Of a DNA stretch of 64,000 nucleotides, positions 20,032-30,166 are shown one piece after another. The DNA comes from Candidatus Bathyarchaeota archaeon. Its GTDB lineage: Archaea; Thermoproteota; Bathyarchaeia; 40CM-2-53-6; RBG-13-38-9. The first letter of the stretch is position 1, and every line of letters begins with the position of its first letter. The stretch covers positions 416,001 to 480,000 of the forward strand of contig CAWECG010000001.1 of NCBI GenBank assembly GCA_963807605.1. The letters run 5' to 3'. The translations under genes were made by a program, and so were the position numbers. The notes beneath the pieces were generated by a model. That model was given only the letters and a program-made list of their open reading frames with translations, was not told where the DNA came from and ran no database searches.

Positions 20032-20793
20032 ATCTACCCTCAAGGTTATCAATATAGACCAGGCTTTGGTGGCCAACAACCAAGCTGGCAGGGTTGGGGT
20101 CAGGGGGCATATCAGCAGTCAGCATATGGTTATCAGCCTCAGTATTACCGGCAGTATAACCAGCCACAGCAACCATACCGGTCACAATACTATCCACCTC
20201 AATACTATCAACCTCAGGCACCCGCACCGTTTCAACAGCAGCAATACAATCAACCTCAGGCACCACCACCGTTTCAACAGCAGCAATACAATCCCTATCA
20301 ATACCCAAGCCAGCAGGGTTTTCCTCAACCGTCTCCGCCATGGATGATGCCCTTTGGAAGAGGCGCCGCCCTCACAGCGGCCTCGATCATATTTATCGTC
20401 TTCGGGGCGATTTGGATCGTATATGGCATAATCGCCCTCATCGCAGGTTTCCTCCCCTCACTCGCTGGAACACCAATCATCGGGGACTTCGTAAGCGCAG
20501 GTGTATGGATCTCGGCAACCATAGGGATCGGGTTACTGATACCAGGTATACTGTGTTTAGTCGCAGGATACCTGATCTGGAAGAGACGGAGATCCGGGGG
20601 CATGCTGGGGATTATCGTAGCCGCAATCCTAATAGCAGTAAACGCCGGGACAATTGCATTGTTAAGACTAGGGACGATGGTGATCGGTGCTATTGGAGTC
20701 GTTATCTTGGCCCTAGCAATAGTGTTAATAGCGATCGGATGGAAGCATTTTCAATCGCCCTGGCAAGCACCCTGGCCACCGCCTTGGCAATAG
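20032..20793 (+). CDS. Four-TM membrane protein with N-terminal Q/Y/P/G-rich low-complexity domain
   Basis: The frame of ORF 20344-20793 is open back to TAG 20017 and encodes YPQGYQYRPGFGGQQPSWQGWGQGAYQQ...QQQQYNPYQYPSQQGFPQPSPPW; start uncertain (ATC 20032 after GGAGAGG). Confidence 0.75.
   Translation: MYPQGYQYRPGFGGQQPSWQGWGQGAYQQSAYGYQPQYYRQYNQPQQPYRSQYYPPQYYQPQAPAPFQQQQYNQPQAPPPFQQQQYNPYQYPSQQGFPQPSPPWMMPFGRGAALTAASIIFIVFGAIWIVYGIIALIAGFLPSLAGTPIIGDFVSAGVWISATIGIGLLIPGILCLVAGYLIWKRRRSGGMLGIIVAAILIAVNAGTIALLRLGTMVIGAIGVVILALAIVLIAIGWKHFQSPWQAPWPPPWQ
20200..20293 (+). repeat. 42-bp tandem repeat (about 2.2 copies), coding
   Basis: CAATAC at 20200, 20242 and 20284; unit encodes QY[YN]QPQAP[AP]PFQQQ. 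Confidence 0.9.
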
Positions 20794-21239
20794 TGCTAGT
20801 AGCGGTCGGATGGAAGCGCTTGCTGTAAACTGAATGGATCGAAAATGCAACCAGACCGATCGGACGCCCGGCAGAAGTTTACGCAATAAGCTAAACTCAA
20901 CGTAACGCTGTCAATCCTAGAAGATTATCTCGATACAGACACGCACGAAAAGTCACTATGATAGTCGTACCTCAACCATCGTGAATATTTGATCGAATAT
21001 TCGCAACAAGCCATATTTCTGCATCGTCCCCTAGCATCATACCGTTAATGGGAGAAGCCGGTCAGTTTCTTAAGCAAATAACTCGAAATAACATGTTTTG
21101 CATGGACTCAACATCCCAGCGCGCGCTCTAGTTCAGCTGACTTCTTGGAGGGTTAACGGCTAGCTATTCATGATGGAATGTTGGAGACCTGGAGTAATAG
21201 CGAAATGACAGATACAGGCAACTGAAGGAAGAACCCGTT

Positions 21240-22058
21240 ATGCCGATGACCGAACCCCTCTTAGTCAAGCTCCTCAAAAAGGCCTTTCCCCACAGGACTC
21301 TACCGGCCAGATTGAGCAGAGCGCCCGTCCTCGGAGGGCTTATCGATCTCATGTTATTCGATGGAGATAATATGATCTACCTGCCGAAAGACCAAGTGAT
21401 CCAGATAAACAAGCCAATCGAGAGACTGGGTGAAATGGTGCTGCCGTCGCAAGTGGCGGAGCATTTCATCAAGACGGCGAATTATCATTGGATAATGGAT
21501 TGGTGTATCTGCCGCAAATCCATGAAGTGTAAGGACTACCCTGTTGATCTGGGCTGCCTCTTTCTGGGAGAAGCTGCACTGAAGATCGATCCACGTATAG
21601 GACATAAAGCAACAAAGGAAGAAGCCCTGGAACATTTACGACGCTGCCGTGAAGCTGGCCTAGTTCACCTAATTGGAAGAAACAAACTCGATGCAGTTTG
21701 GCTTAAAGTCGGGCCAAGCAACAGACTTCTGACAATCTGCAACTGTTGCCAATGTTGCTGTCTTTGGCGAGTCTTGCCTCATCTGGCACCTTACATTAGT
21801 TCGAAGGTTACAAAGATGCCTGGCGTGAGAGTAAGAGTTACAGATCGCTGTACGGACTGCGGAACTTGTACTCAGGGGATATGCTTCGTAAATGCTATAC
21901 AGCGAGTCAACAACCGCGTGGTTAGAAGCGACGAATGCAGAGGGTGCGGACGCTGCGCTGAGGTCTGCCCCCAGAAGGCAATTGAGATCTTAATTGACAA
22001 TAACCTTTTTGTGAAAGAGTCAGTCGATCGTATCACATCATCAGTAGATGTCTCGTGA
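21240..22058 (+). CDS. Cys-rich 4Fe-4S ferredoxin-domain protein
   Basis: CICR...C, ICNCCQCCC, CTDCGTC...C and CRGCGRCAEVCP. Confidence 0.9.
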   Translation: MPMTEPLLVKLLKKAFPHRTLPARLSRAPVLGGLIDLMLFDGDNMIYLPKDQVIQINKPIERLGEMVLPSQVAEHFIKTANYHWIMDWCICRKSMKCKDYPVDLGCLFLGEAALKIDPRIGHKATKEEALEHLRRCREAGLVHLIGRNKLDAVWLKVGPSNRLLTICNCCQCCCLWRVLPHLAPYISSKVTKMPGVRVRVTDRCTDCGTCTQGICFVNAIQRVNNRVVRSDECRGCGRCAEVCPQKAIEILIDNNLFVKESVDRITSSVDVS

Positions 22059-22214
22059 CCCTCTATTATTGCAAGCCGAGCGCACAACAACAATAATATT
22101 GAACTACGAAAAAGTCGAAACCATAGCACGCAAATTTTTTGCACAACTTTTCAATAAGAATTCATATGATAACCAATTCTGTTATGCTGCCTGAGATCGC
22201 ACATTGAAATGAGG

Positions 22215-23014
22215 TTAGAGGACATCCAGAAAGAATAGTTGTTTCGCTTTTCTGAGTCTTATATTCTCACCGAAGACAGAGATCATATTCTTTGTAGTCA
22301 AAATAGCATCTTTTCTTCCTGAGAAAATTACACGTCCATTCTTGAGGCCGAGTAGGTGAGTAATTTCCGGGAAGGTCTCTTCAATATGGTGTGTTACGAA
22401 AAGCACGCAGATATTCGATTCTTTCTTAATTAGAAGACGCAATGAATCAAGGTATCTCTTCCTTGCAACAGGATCAAGACCAGCACACACCTCATCCAGG
22501 ATCAACAGACGCGGCTTTTGGATCATTGCACGTGCAATCAAAGCCTTCTTCTTCTCACCAACTGAGAGGGTGGCGAATGATTGCTCCTCATGCTTCTGCA
22601 AGCCCATAAGCTTCAGAAGCATTCGTGCCCGTCGAAACGACGTGTCTTAGGAGGATCATAGAATAATCGTAGAGCCCCAAAATACCCCGAAGCAACCACA
22701 TCCAATACTGATTGGTCCTGTGGGAGCTCCTGTTCAGGCGCAGAACTAACCCAACTTATTCTTTTGCGTAGTCGTTGCAACTCTATCTTCTCAAACTCAC
22801 TTCCCAAGACTTCGATCCTGCCACGCGTAGGCCAGAGGTAGGTTGCAATCATTTTTAGTAGGGTCTTTCCTGCGCCATTTTGGCCGATGATCGCCCAGTG
22901 TTCTCCTGTACGTACTTCCCAGTCGATATGGTCGAGGATGCGGACTCCTTCACGTTCAAACGAAACATTATGCAAAGCGATTATTGGTGTTTCCAATTTA
23001 GCACCAAGAGGCAT
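22215..23014 (-). pseudogene. ModF-like ABC ATPase, frameshifted
   Basis: Walker A GQNGAGKT in ORF 22613-23014; signature, Walker B LILDE and VTHH in ORF 22215-22622; frame break near 22620-22650. Confidence 0.85.
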
Positions 23015-23330
23015 TTCTGTTACACATTATTTCAGGCAATAAGTAAGTCGGGCATCTATCTTCAGCACTATCTCTTGCTAAGAGCACCCAGAATTGAACT
23101 ATTAGATTGTGATTTTTACGCGCGCGCTGACCGACACATGGATTATTGTCCCCACTGTAACAGGTATCAATGGCATCATGTCTAGGACAATAAAGCTCAC
23201 GCTAATAGGTCCAACCTTGCCCACAATGGGAGCAAATTAGATGGACCGCCAAATCAGAAACCTTAACGCATCTCAGTGTACTAACACGCGCTCACTTCGA
23301 ACCTCTGCTATCGACACGAGTCTTTCAAAA

Positions 23331-23564
23331 TCAGTCTTCTATTCTTCCTCTTGAGACGACCGTAACGAGTATCTTGTCGTTTAAGGGAGTAGTGATTATG
23401 TGAGTGACTTCGACGTGTCTTTTTTCAACAGGCTTTTTGAGTTCTTCTAGATTCCTCAGCATCAGTTTCTCAATTGATTTGTTGACAGAGTTACTCAGGA
23501 AGTCATCTTTCATTTTAGGCCCATACGGAACCACTTCAGACGCACAAGAGTAGTACCAGTTCAA
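23331..23564 (-). CDS. Hypothetical small protein
   Basis: 77 aa, GGTGA SD before TTG, plausible composition. Confidence 0.5.
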   Translation of the reverse strand: MNWYYSCASEVVPYGPKMKDDFLSNSVNKSIEKLMLRNLEELKKPVEKRHVEVTHIITTPLNDKILVTVVSRGRIED

Positions 23565-23709
23565 TATGCTTTCACCTTGCCGTTATTACTCCTATGATGT
23601 TAGATAACCGTTTTCTGGTTACGCACGCGTAGTCCAAGAATTATCTCGTCACACATAATTTTTGGGCTTTTGACAGAATAGCGCGCGCTTTATTGATTTT
23701 TGATGGTTT

Positions 23710-23955
23710 TTATTCTTCTCTGAGCATGTTTGGGCAGATGTGTGGGCGGCAGTCTCCTCTCTTTATTTTGCAGAATCCATCTTTGCTGTGCTTGCATATC
23801 TGTTTGAGCCTTGTGAAGGTTCAGGGTGACAAGACTTGTGTGAGGTTCTTTGAGCGTGAGATTGACATGTCGCCTGAGTTTTGGGGTCAAATTGTAGCTG
23901 TATTTCGGTCTGCCACATCTATTTTCGACCTTTTCTGCTCTTTGAACTAGTGCCC
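23710..23955 (-). pseudogene. Remnant of a winged-helix regulator with Cys-rich tail
   Basis: Two frames join to give ALVQRAEKVENRCGRPKYSYNLT...LVTL / TFTRLKQICKHSKDGFCKIKRGDCRPHICPNMLREE*; GRP.Y.Y.LT wing motif; no start. Confidence 0.55.
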
Positions 23956-23995
23956 CAAGCTACTCGCGACAGCCAAACCGTGATTTTCAGAGTGT

Positions 23996-24973
23996 TCATG
24001 TCGCAAGTACGACGGCCAACTTAAGTAGGTTTAGATCCAAAGCCTTCTCGATCTCACATGATTTCTGAAGCTCGAGGCTTCCAATCCTGCCATTTTGCAG
24101 TCCCACTACTTTGTCGCCCTCCTCGTCTGACAACATCTCGACTGCTTTTTCTGCGAACAAGCTCGCCAAGAGCCGGCTCCTTACTGTGGGGCTGCCGCCT
24201 CTTTGGGCATAGCCTATGATGCTCAGTCTAACCTCTGCCTTTGTGTTTCGCTGGATTTGTCTTGCAAGCAGACGGGTGTCTCCTATTCCTTCTGCCGCCA
24301 CAACTAGGCCTGACTTTTTTCCTTTGGCCATGTTTTCTCTTATGGTCTTGAATACGTTCGCCTTTTGACATTTCACTTCTGGAACTAGAATTATTTCCGC
24401 ACCAACGGTGAGTCCCACGGCTAATGCAAGAAAACCCCTTTCTCGCCCCATCACCTCAATCATGAATACTCTCTCATGAGAAACTGCCGTGTCTCGGATC
24501 TTATCGATCTCAGTGACTGCTGTGTTTGCAGCCGTGTCAAAACCTATGGTTTCCTCTGTGCCAAAAACATCGTTGTCGATTGATGCTGGAATTCCGACCA
24601 TCATGGTATCCGTGTATGCGCCTAGCTCCAGAGCACCCTTAAAGGACCCGTTGCCGCCGATTACCACTAGTCCGCCAACATGATTCGATGCTAGAGTTTC
24701 CGCAGCTTTCCTGATTCCTTCTCTCTTCTTGAACTCGGGACACCTTGATGTATGCAGGATTGTACCGCCTAGCTGTAGAATACCGCCTACGGATCGAGGT
24801 GTCAAAGCTGTAAACGTATTTGTAATCAAGCCTTCCCACCCTCTCCTGAAACCTAGAACTTGAAGCTTCTTTGAACAGGCGATGCGGACAACGCCTCGGA
24901 TGGCAGCATTCATGCCAGGCGCATCTCCGCCAGCTGTGACTAGGGCTATCCTCTTCAACAGGCCTTTCCCCAA
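23996..24973 (-). CDS. pfkA: ATP-dependent 6-phosphofructokinase (bacterial PfkA family)
   Basis: TAGGDAPGMNA, GGNGS, PASIDND, EVMGR, GYAQRGG. Confidence 0.95.
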   Translation of the reverse strand: MGKGLLKRIALVTAGGDAPGMNAAIRGVVRIACSKKLQVLGFRRGWEGLITNTFTALTPRSVGGILQLGGTILHTSRCPEFKKREGIRKAAETLASNHVGGLVVIGGNGSFKGALELGAYTDTMMVGIPASIDNDVFGTEETIGFDTAANTAVTEIDKIRDTAVSHERVFMIEVMGRERGFLALAVGLTVGAEIILVPEVKCQKANVFKTIRENMAKGKKSGLVVAAEGIGDTRLLARQIQRNTKAEVRLSIIGYAQRGGSPTVRSRLLASLFAEKAVEMLSDEEGDKVVGLQNGRIGSLELQKSCEIEKALDLNLLKLAVVLAT

Positions 24974-25176
24974 TTTGAGCTAGCGCGCGCCAGCTTCTTG
25001 ATAAACTCTTTCGTTTGACATGAAGATGTATACGAGCTCTCCATGCTATGAAGATACGGAAAGACGAGTATTAAAAGCCATTTTTAGCCATTTTTGCAAG
25101 AGACCCGCGCGCTAGCTGCGTGTCCAAACAGAGTTATCTATGAAGGATCATAAATTATGTAAGAGTGTTCGTTACA

Positions 25177-26970
25177 ATGAGTGTTGAATCTAATGACCTG
25201 ACTGTCAGGGATCCCATCTGTGGCATGGTAGTCGATCCCAAGAAAACAGAATTCAAAGCCACGGTTAGAGGCAGACAGCACTATTTTTGCAGCGAATATT
25301 GCATGCGAAGTTTTCTCGAAGGACCTGAGATCGCATACTTCTCCATGGAAATCGGCATAAGAAGCGAGATCCCGACATATAGTGGCGGATTGGGCGTCCT
25401 AGCAGGAGACACCGTGCGCTCCAGCGCAGATTTGAGGATTCCACTTGTAGCTATTACACTCGTCAGCCGCAAAGGATACTTAAAGCAGAAAATAACGCAG
25501 ATGGGAGAACAGCTCGAGTATCCAGACGAATGGAACCCGTCAGATTTCATGAAACTAGAGCCAACAACCACAAAAGTGAAAATTGAAGGCAGAGACGTAG
25601 AGATTGGAGCTTGGATCTACAGTTATCAAAGTCTCACTAAGAGTGTTGTACCAATACTGTTTCTTGACACCGATCTTCCTAGCAATACGCAGGAGGACAG
25701 AGACATCACCAGTTTTCTCTACGGAGGCGACGAAAGGTACAGATTGAAACAAGAGATCGTTCTAGGAATTGGAGGCGCAAGGATCCTTGAAGTACTAGGT
25801 TTCAACATCAGAAAGTATCATATGAATGAAGGCCACTCAAGCCTTCTCATTCTCGAGTTACTGAAAAGGAACGAAATGGACCCCAACAAGGTCCGAGACC
25901 TCTGTGTCTTCACTACACATACTCCTGTTGCTGCTGCATTTGACAAATTCTCTTACGATCTCATCCAAGAATTGGTGGGCGACTATGTTCCGCTGGAGAT
26001 TGTGAAGAAATATGGTGGACAGGATGCGTTGAATATGACGCTCTTGGCAATAAATCTGAGTAAACACATCAACGGCGTGACGACGGCACACATGCAGTAT
26101 TCTGAAAAACTCTTTCCTGGACATCATATGAGGGCAGTAACCAACGGTGTGCATTCGTACACTTGGACTTGCCAGTATTTCAGGGACCTCTTCAACAAGC
26201 ATATCCCTGGCTGGGCTATTGAACCAGACCTGCTCGTCCGGGTAGACGAGATCCCGAGCGAAGACGTGTGGGACGCCCATATGAAAGCTAAGAACGATCT
26301 AATTGATTTCATAAAAGAGAGAACAAACATCAAGATGGATCCCGACGCCCTGACAATAGGCTTCGCCAGAAGGGCTACAGCTTACAAGAGATCCAACCTG
26401 ATCTTCTCAGACTTAGAAAAATTGAGAAGGGCAAATAAGACTGGACCCTTGCAACTGGTTCTCGCTGGAAAATCGCATCCACTAGACTACTCTGGCAAGA
26501 GCATAATCAGAGAGATCTATGATGACATATCTCGGTTGAGGGATGAGATGAAGATTGTTTATCTTGAAGATTATAACATGGCGATGGCCGCAAAATTGAC
26601 TTCTGGTTCAGATGTCTGGCTGAACACGCCCTTGCCACCGTTTGAGGCATCTGGAACAAGTGGAATGAAGGCTGCACACAACGGTGTCCCAAACTTCAGC
26701 GTTTTAGATGGATGGTGGGTAGAGGGTTGCATAGAGGGAGTTACAGGCTGGTCGATAGGCTCCCCATATGATATGCCCATCAGCGAGGATGAAAGGAGGA
26801 GCTTGGAGTTGGAAGATCTCTATGACAAACTGAGGTACCTCGTCATCCCTACCTTCTACAAGAAAAGAGACCAATGGGTAGCCATAATGAAGAGCTCTAT
26901 AGGAAAAGTAGCATACTACTTTAACAGTCACCGGATGATGAGGAGATACATTACAGAAGCCTATCTATAG
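25177..26970 (+). CDS. glgP: Alpha-glucan (glycogen) phosphorylase with N-terminal YHS/TRASH domain
   Basis: DPICGM...YFCSEYC, then AYFSMEIG, YSGGLG, HMNEGH, FARRATAYKR, EASGTSGMKA (PLP Lys). Confidence 0.95.
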   Translation: MSVESNDLTVRDPICGMVVDPKKTEFKATVRGRQHYFCSEYCMRSFLEGPEIAYFSMEIGIRSEIPTYSGGLGVLAGDTVRSSADLRIPLVAITLVSRKGYLKQKITQMGEQLEYPDEWNPSDFMKLEPTTTKVKIEGRDVEIGAWIYSYQSLTKSVVPILFLDTDLPSNTQEDRDITSFLYGGDERYRLKQEIVLGIGGARILEVLGFNIRKYHMNEGHSSLLILELLKRNEMDPNKVRDLCVFTTHTPVAAAFDKFSYDLIQELVGDYVPLEIVKKYGGQDALNMTLLAINLSKHINGVTTAHMQYSEKLFPGHHMRAVTNGVHSYTWTCQYFRDLFNKHIPGWAIEPDLLVRVDEIPSEDVWDAHMKAKNDLIDFIKERTNIKMDPDALTIGFARRATAYKRSNLIFSDLEKLRRANKTGPLQLVLAGKSHPLDYSGKSIIREIYDDISRLRDEMKIVYLEDYNMAMAAKLTSGSDVWLNTPLPPFEASGTSGMKAAHNGVPNFSVLDGWWVEGCIEGVTGWSIGSPYDMPISEDERRSLELEDLYDKLRYLVIPTFYKKRDQWVAIMKSSIGKVAYYFNSHRMMRRYITEAYL

Positions 26971-27045
26971 ATACCTCGATTAATGGCGAGAATTTTTTCG
27001 AAGGAACTAACGTACTGGTGACTGTCATCATCATCTGCATGAGGG

Positions 27046-27331
27046 CTACAGCCCTCTCTGCTCTTTTTCAGATCCTCTCAGGCAAAAGAATTGATTTTTG
27101 AGCCCATGTCTTCAGTTACTGGGTATCCTGGGCAGATGCAGTCTATTTCTTTTGTAAAACAGGTTGGACTCTTGCTCAAAGCATAGAACAGTAGTTCCTT
27201 CTTTTCTCGGGCAGAATCAGTATGTTGGACATTCGGGGCACATACAAACCTCTTTCTTAGACTCCGAGTTTTGATCTCTCTTTTTCACTCGTTTTTGTCA
27301 TTTGCTTCACAACTTCATCAAATCTGTTCAT
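27046..27331 (-). pseudogene. DUF2769-like Cys-rich protein, multiply frameshifted
   Basis: Pieced frames: MNRFDEVVKQM.../ESKKEVCMCPECPTY/DSAREKKELLFYALSKSPTCFTKEIDCICPGYPV.../NQFFCLRGSEKEQRGL*. Confidence 0.65.
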
Positions 27332-27644
27332 AAAATGCTCACTTCATGTTGAGAAGGAGAGAAATTTGTTTGACCACGATAGCGTTTACACCATATTCAT
27401 TTTCGCCTAAAAGAGTATTGTCTCTGCCACAATTCTGGGAACAATCGATGATTAAGTATGCCGTCGACGCCTTGACACTTTCATTTCTATCTATGTTGCC
27501 GCAATCATTAACGGCATGATTGTCATTAAAGCTTAAGGTCGTTAGTCGAATGGATCTGAATCCGTTATCTGTATATTTGGACGGCCCACCTATACCTAAT
27601 GTTCACTCGCACACTCATGGAGCGACCAGAGAGAGGTATGTCAA

Positions 27645-29051
27645 CTGACTTTAGAGTCATTCTTCAAACCTAGGTCTGTAGCGGTAGTAGGTGCTTCGAG
27701 AGAGCCAAGGAAGTTCGGCCACGTCATCTTCAAGAATTTCATCGAGTCGGAATTTAATGGTAAGACATATCCAGTGAATCCAAAAGCAGAGAACATACTG
27801 GGCCTAAAAACATATCCCAGCATAAGAGAGATTCCTGACCAAGTAGATCTAGCGATAATCGCAGTCCCAGCGTCAATAGTTCCCCCGATAATTGATGACT
27901 GTTTGACTAAAGGTGTTAAGGCAGGCGTAATAATCTCCGGAGGATTCGGAGAGATCGGCGAGAGAGGAAAATTGCTTGAACTCGAGATTGAGAGGAAAAT
28001 CAAGGGTAAGAACCTTAGAATCATCGGACCAAATTGTCTAGGAGTATATTGTCCGGTAAACCACATAGACACACTGTTCATGCCCAGATACAGATTGAAG
28101 CGCCCTAAAGAAGGCCCTATAGCCTTCATATCACAGAGTGGCGCTTTCGGGTCCGCGGTCCTCGACTGGGCAGCGTCACAAGACATCGGCATCAGCAAAT
28201 TCGTCAGCATAGGAAACAAGATCGATGTGGATGAGATCGATCTGCTGAACTATCTGGCCGATGACCCTATCACCAAATGCATCGCAGTCTACTTAGAGAG
28301 CATAAATCGAGGACGAGAGTTTCTTAGCGCCTCCACCAAAGTGGTCAAAAACAAACCGGTTGTAGTCCTAAAAGGCGGTGTAACACAAGAGGGTGCTAAC
28401 GCTGCCCTTTCTCACACGGGATCGATTGCAGGATCCGCGAAGATATGTGAAGGTGCATTCAAGCAAACTGGTGTAATACAGGCACAAACAGTGGACGAAC
28501 TATTTGATTATGCTCGGGTTCTAGCTTACCAACCGATCCCCAATGATCAGAGGGATATCGCGATAGTAACTAATGGAGGAGGATTCGGCGTCATAAGTGC
28601 TGATGCCGTTTCAAAACTCGGCTTGAAACTGGCAAAGTTCAGCTCAGATACTATAACACGATTGAAAGAAAGGCTACCCGACTATGCCATCCCGCATAAT
28701 CCGTTAGACCTTGTAGGCGACGCGGACGTAGAGCGCTACCGAACATCACTTAACGCTGTCTTCTCAGATCCAGGTGTTGGAATAGTTTTGGTTATCGTCC
28801 TTCTTCAGACATCATTCATCGAATCCGACGTCGTAGATGCCATAAGTGAGTCTCAAGTAACCTATGGCAAACCCACAATCGTCTGTACCGTGGGAGGGGA
28901 CTTCACTCAGATACTGGTCAAGATGCTGGAGGACAATAAAATACCATCATACACGACTCCTGAGAGGGCCGTTAGCGCAGTGAACGCTCTCACGCAGTAT
29001 AGCAGAACCGTTGAAAACATGAATAAGGAAAAGGAAATCGAAGATAATTGA
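27645..29051 (+). CDS. acdA: Acetate--CoA ligase (ADP-forming) alpha subunit
   Basis: FFKPRSVAVVGAS is in frame upstream of the track start; GPNCLG, SQSGA, SHTGSIAG (phospho-His), NPLDL. Start is CTG 27645, or ATG 27638 with a frameshift. Confidence 0.92.
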   Translation: MTLESFFKPRSVAVVGASREPRKFGHVIFKNFIESEFNGKTYPVNPKAENILGLKTYPSIREIPDQVDLAIIAVPASIVPPIIDDCLTKGVKAGVIISGGFGEIGERGKLLELEIERKIKGKNLRIIGPNCLGVYCPVNHIDTLFMPRYRLKRPKEGPIAFISQSGAFGSAVLDWAASQDIGISKFVSIGNKIDVDEIDLLNYLADDPITKCIAVYLESINRGREFLSASTKVVKNKPVVVLKGGVTQEGANAALSHTGSIAGSAKICEGAFKQTGVIQAQTVDELFDYARVLAYQPIPNDQRDIAIVTNGGGFGVISADAVSKLGLKLAKFSSDTITRLKERLPDYAIPHNPLDLVGDADVERYRTSLNAVFSDPGVGIVLVIVLLQTSFIESDVVDAISESQVTYGKPTIVCTVGGDFTQILVKMLEDNKIPSYTTPERAVSAVNALTQYSRTVENMNKEKEIEDN

Positions 29052-29222
29052 ATTATTGGAATAATGTTAATTGCACCGCAATCTGCAAGAATTTTCAAAA
29101 AAGGTCTTGGTTCAAAACGAAGGCTGTCCTCTCAATTTTTGCGAAAGAGAAGGGACTAAAGTCTATTTATATCATAACAACCATTTACCAGTCGACAAAC
29201 AATATTTCTCTGTTGGCTGATC

Positions 29223-30143
29223 ATGCTTGTCACGAATAGAGACCTGCTGATACCCGCTATGAAGAGGTCTTATGCAGTTGGGGCTTTCAATATCAGCAAT
29301 CTAGAAAACCTATCAGCAGTTACCCAAGCCGCAGTTGAGGAGAGATCACCTGCGATAATCGCAGTGACACCCTCCTCAATAGAATATGCGGGCTTAGCCT
29401 ACGTAGAGAAGACGGTCAAGACAGCAGCAGAATCTGTCGCTGTCCCTCTGTCACTACACCTTGACCACGGCAAGGACATACAGACCGTTTTGAAGTGTAT
29501 AGATTCTGGATTTACGTCAGTCATGATTGACGGCTCCCATCTAAAGTTCGAGGAGAACGTGGCTCTAGCAAGGCACGTAGTCGACATAGCTCATCCGAAG
29601 GACATCTCGGTTGAAGCAGAGCTTGGAAGGATAGAAAGCATAGAGGAATCAACAGCTGAGGAAAGAAAGGTCATCCTGACAGACCCTGACGCCGCTGAGA
29701 GTTTTGTTGAGCAGACCGGTATTGATGCGCTAGCAGTCGCTATAGGAACATCCCACGGAGCCTACAAATTCAAAGACGAACCGAGACTTGATCTTGAAAG
29801 ACTACGAATCATTCGTGAAAGAGTATCAATCCCACTGGTCCTTCATGGCGCTTCAGGCGTTCCATCATGGGTTATCGAAAAAGCCAACAAGTACGGTGCT
29901 GACCTGAGCAGAGTGAAAGGCATACCGGAAGAAGAGATCAGAAACGCGATTTCCATAGGGATATCTAAAATAAACATCGATACAGATCTACGCCTAGCCT
30001 TCACGGCGGGTCTACGAGAAGTGCTAGCTAACTCGCCCAGAGAATTTGACCCTAGGAAAATACTCGGTCCAGCCCGTACACTCATGGAGGAAGTTGTCAA
30101 GGACAAAATGCATCTATTCGGAAGTTCCGGAAAGGCTACATGA
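29223..30143 (+). CDS. fba: Class II fructose-1,6-bisphosphate aldolase
   Basis: HLDHG, SVMIDGS, VEAELG, GTSHGAYK, VLHGASG, KINIDTD. Confidence 0.93.
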   Translation: MLVTNRDLLIPAMKRSYAVGAFNISNLENLSAVTQAAVEERSPAIIAVTPSSIEYAGLAYVEKTVKTAAESVAVPLSLHLDHGKDIQTVLKCIDSGFTSVMIDGSHLKFEENVALARHVVDIAHPKDISVEAELGRIESIEESTAEERKVILTDPDAAESFVEQTGIDALAVAIGTSHGAYKFKDEPRLDLERLRIIRERVSIPLVLHGASGVPSWVIEKANKYGADLSRVKGIPEEEIRNAISIGISKINIDTDLRLAFTAGLREVLANSPREFDPRKILGPARTLMEEVVKDKMHLFGSSGKAT

Positions 30144-30166
30144 AGAAGCGCAGTGAAACTACAATC

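Noticed and set aside
23996-24973. PPi-dependent PFK
   Set aside because: Has GGNG rather than GGDD and PASIDND rather than PKTIDND.
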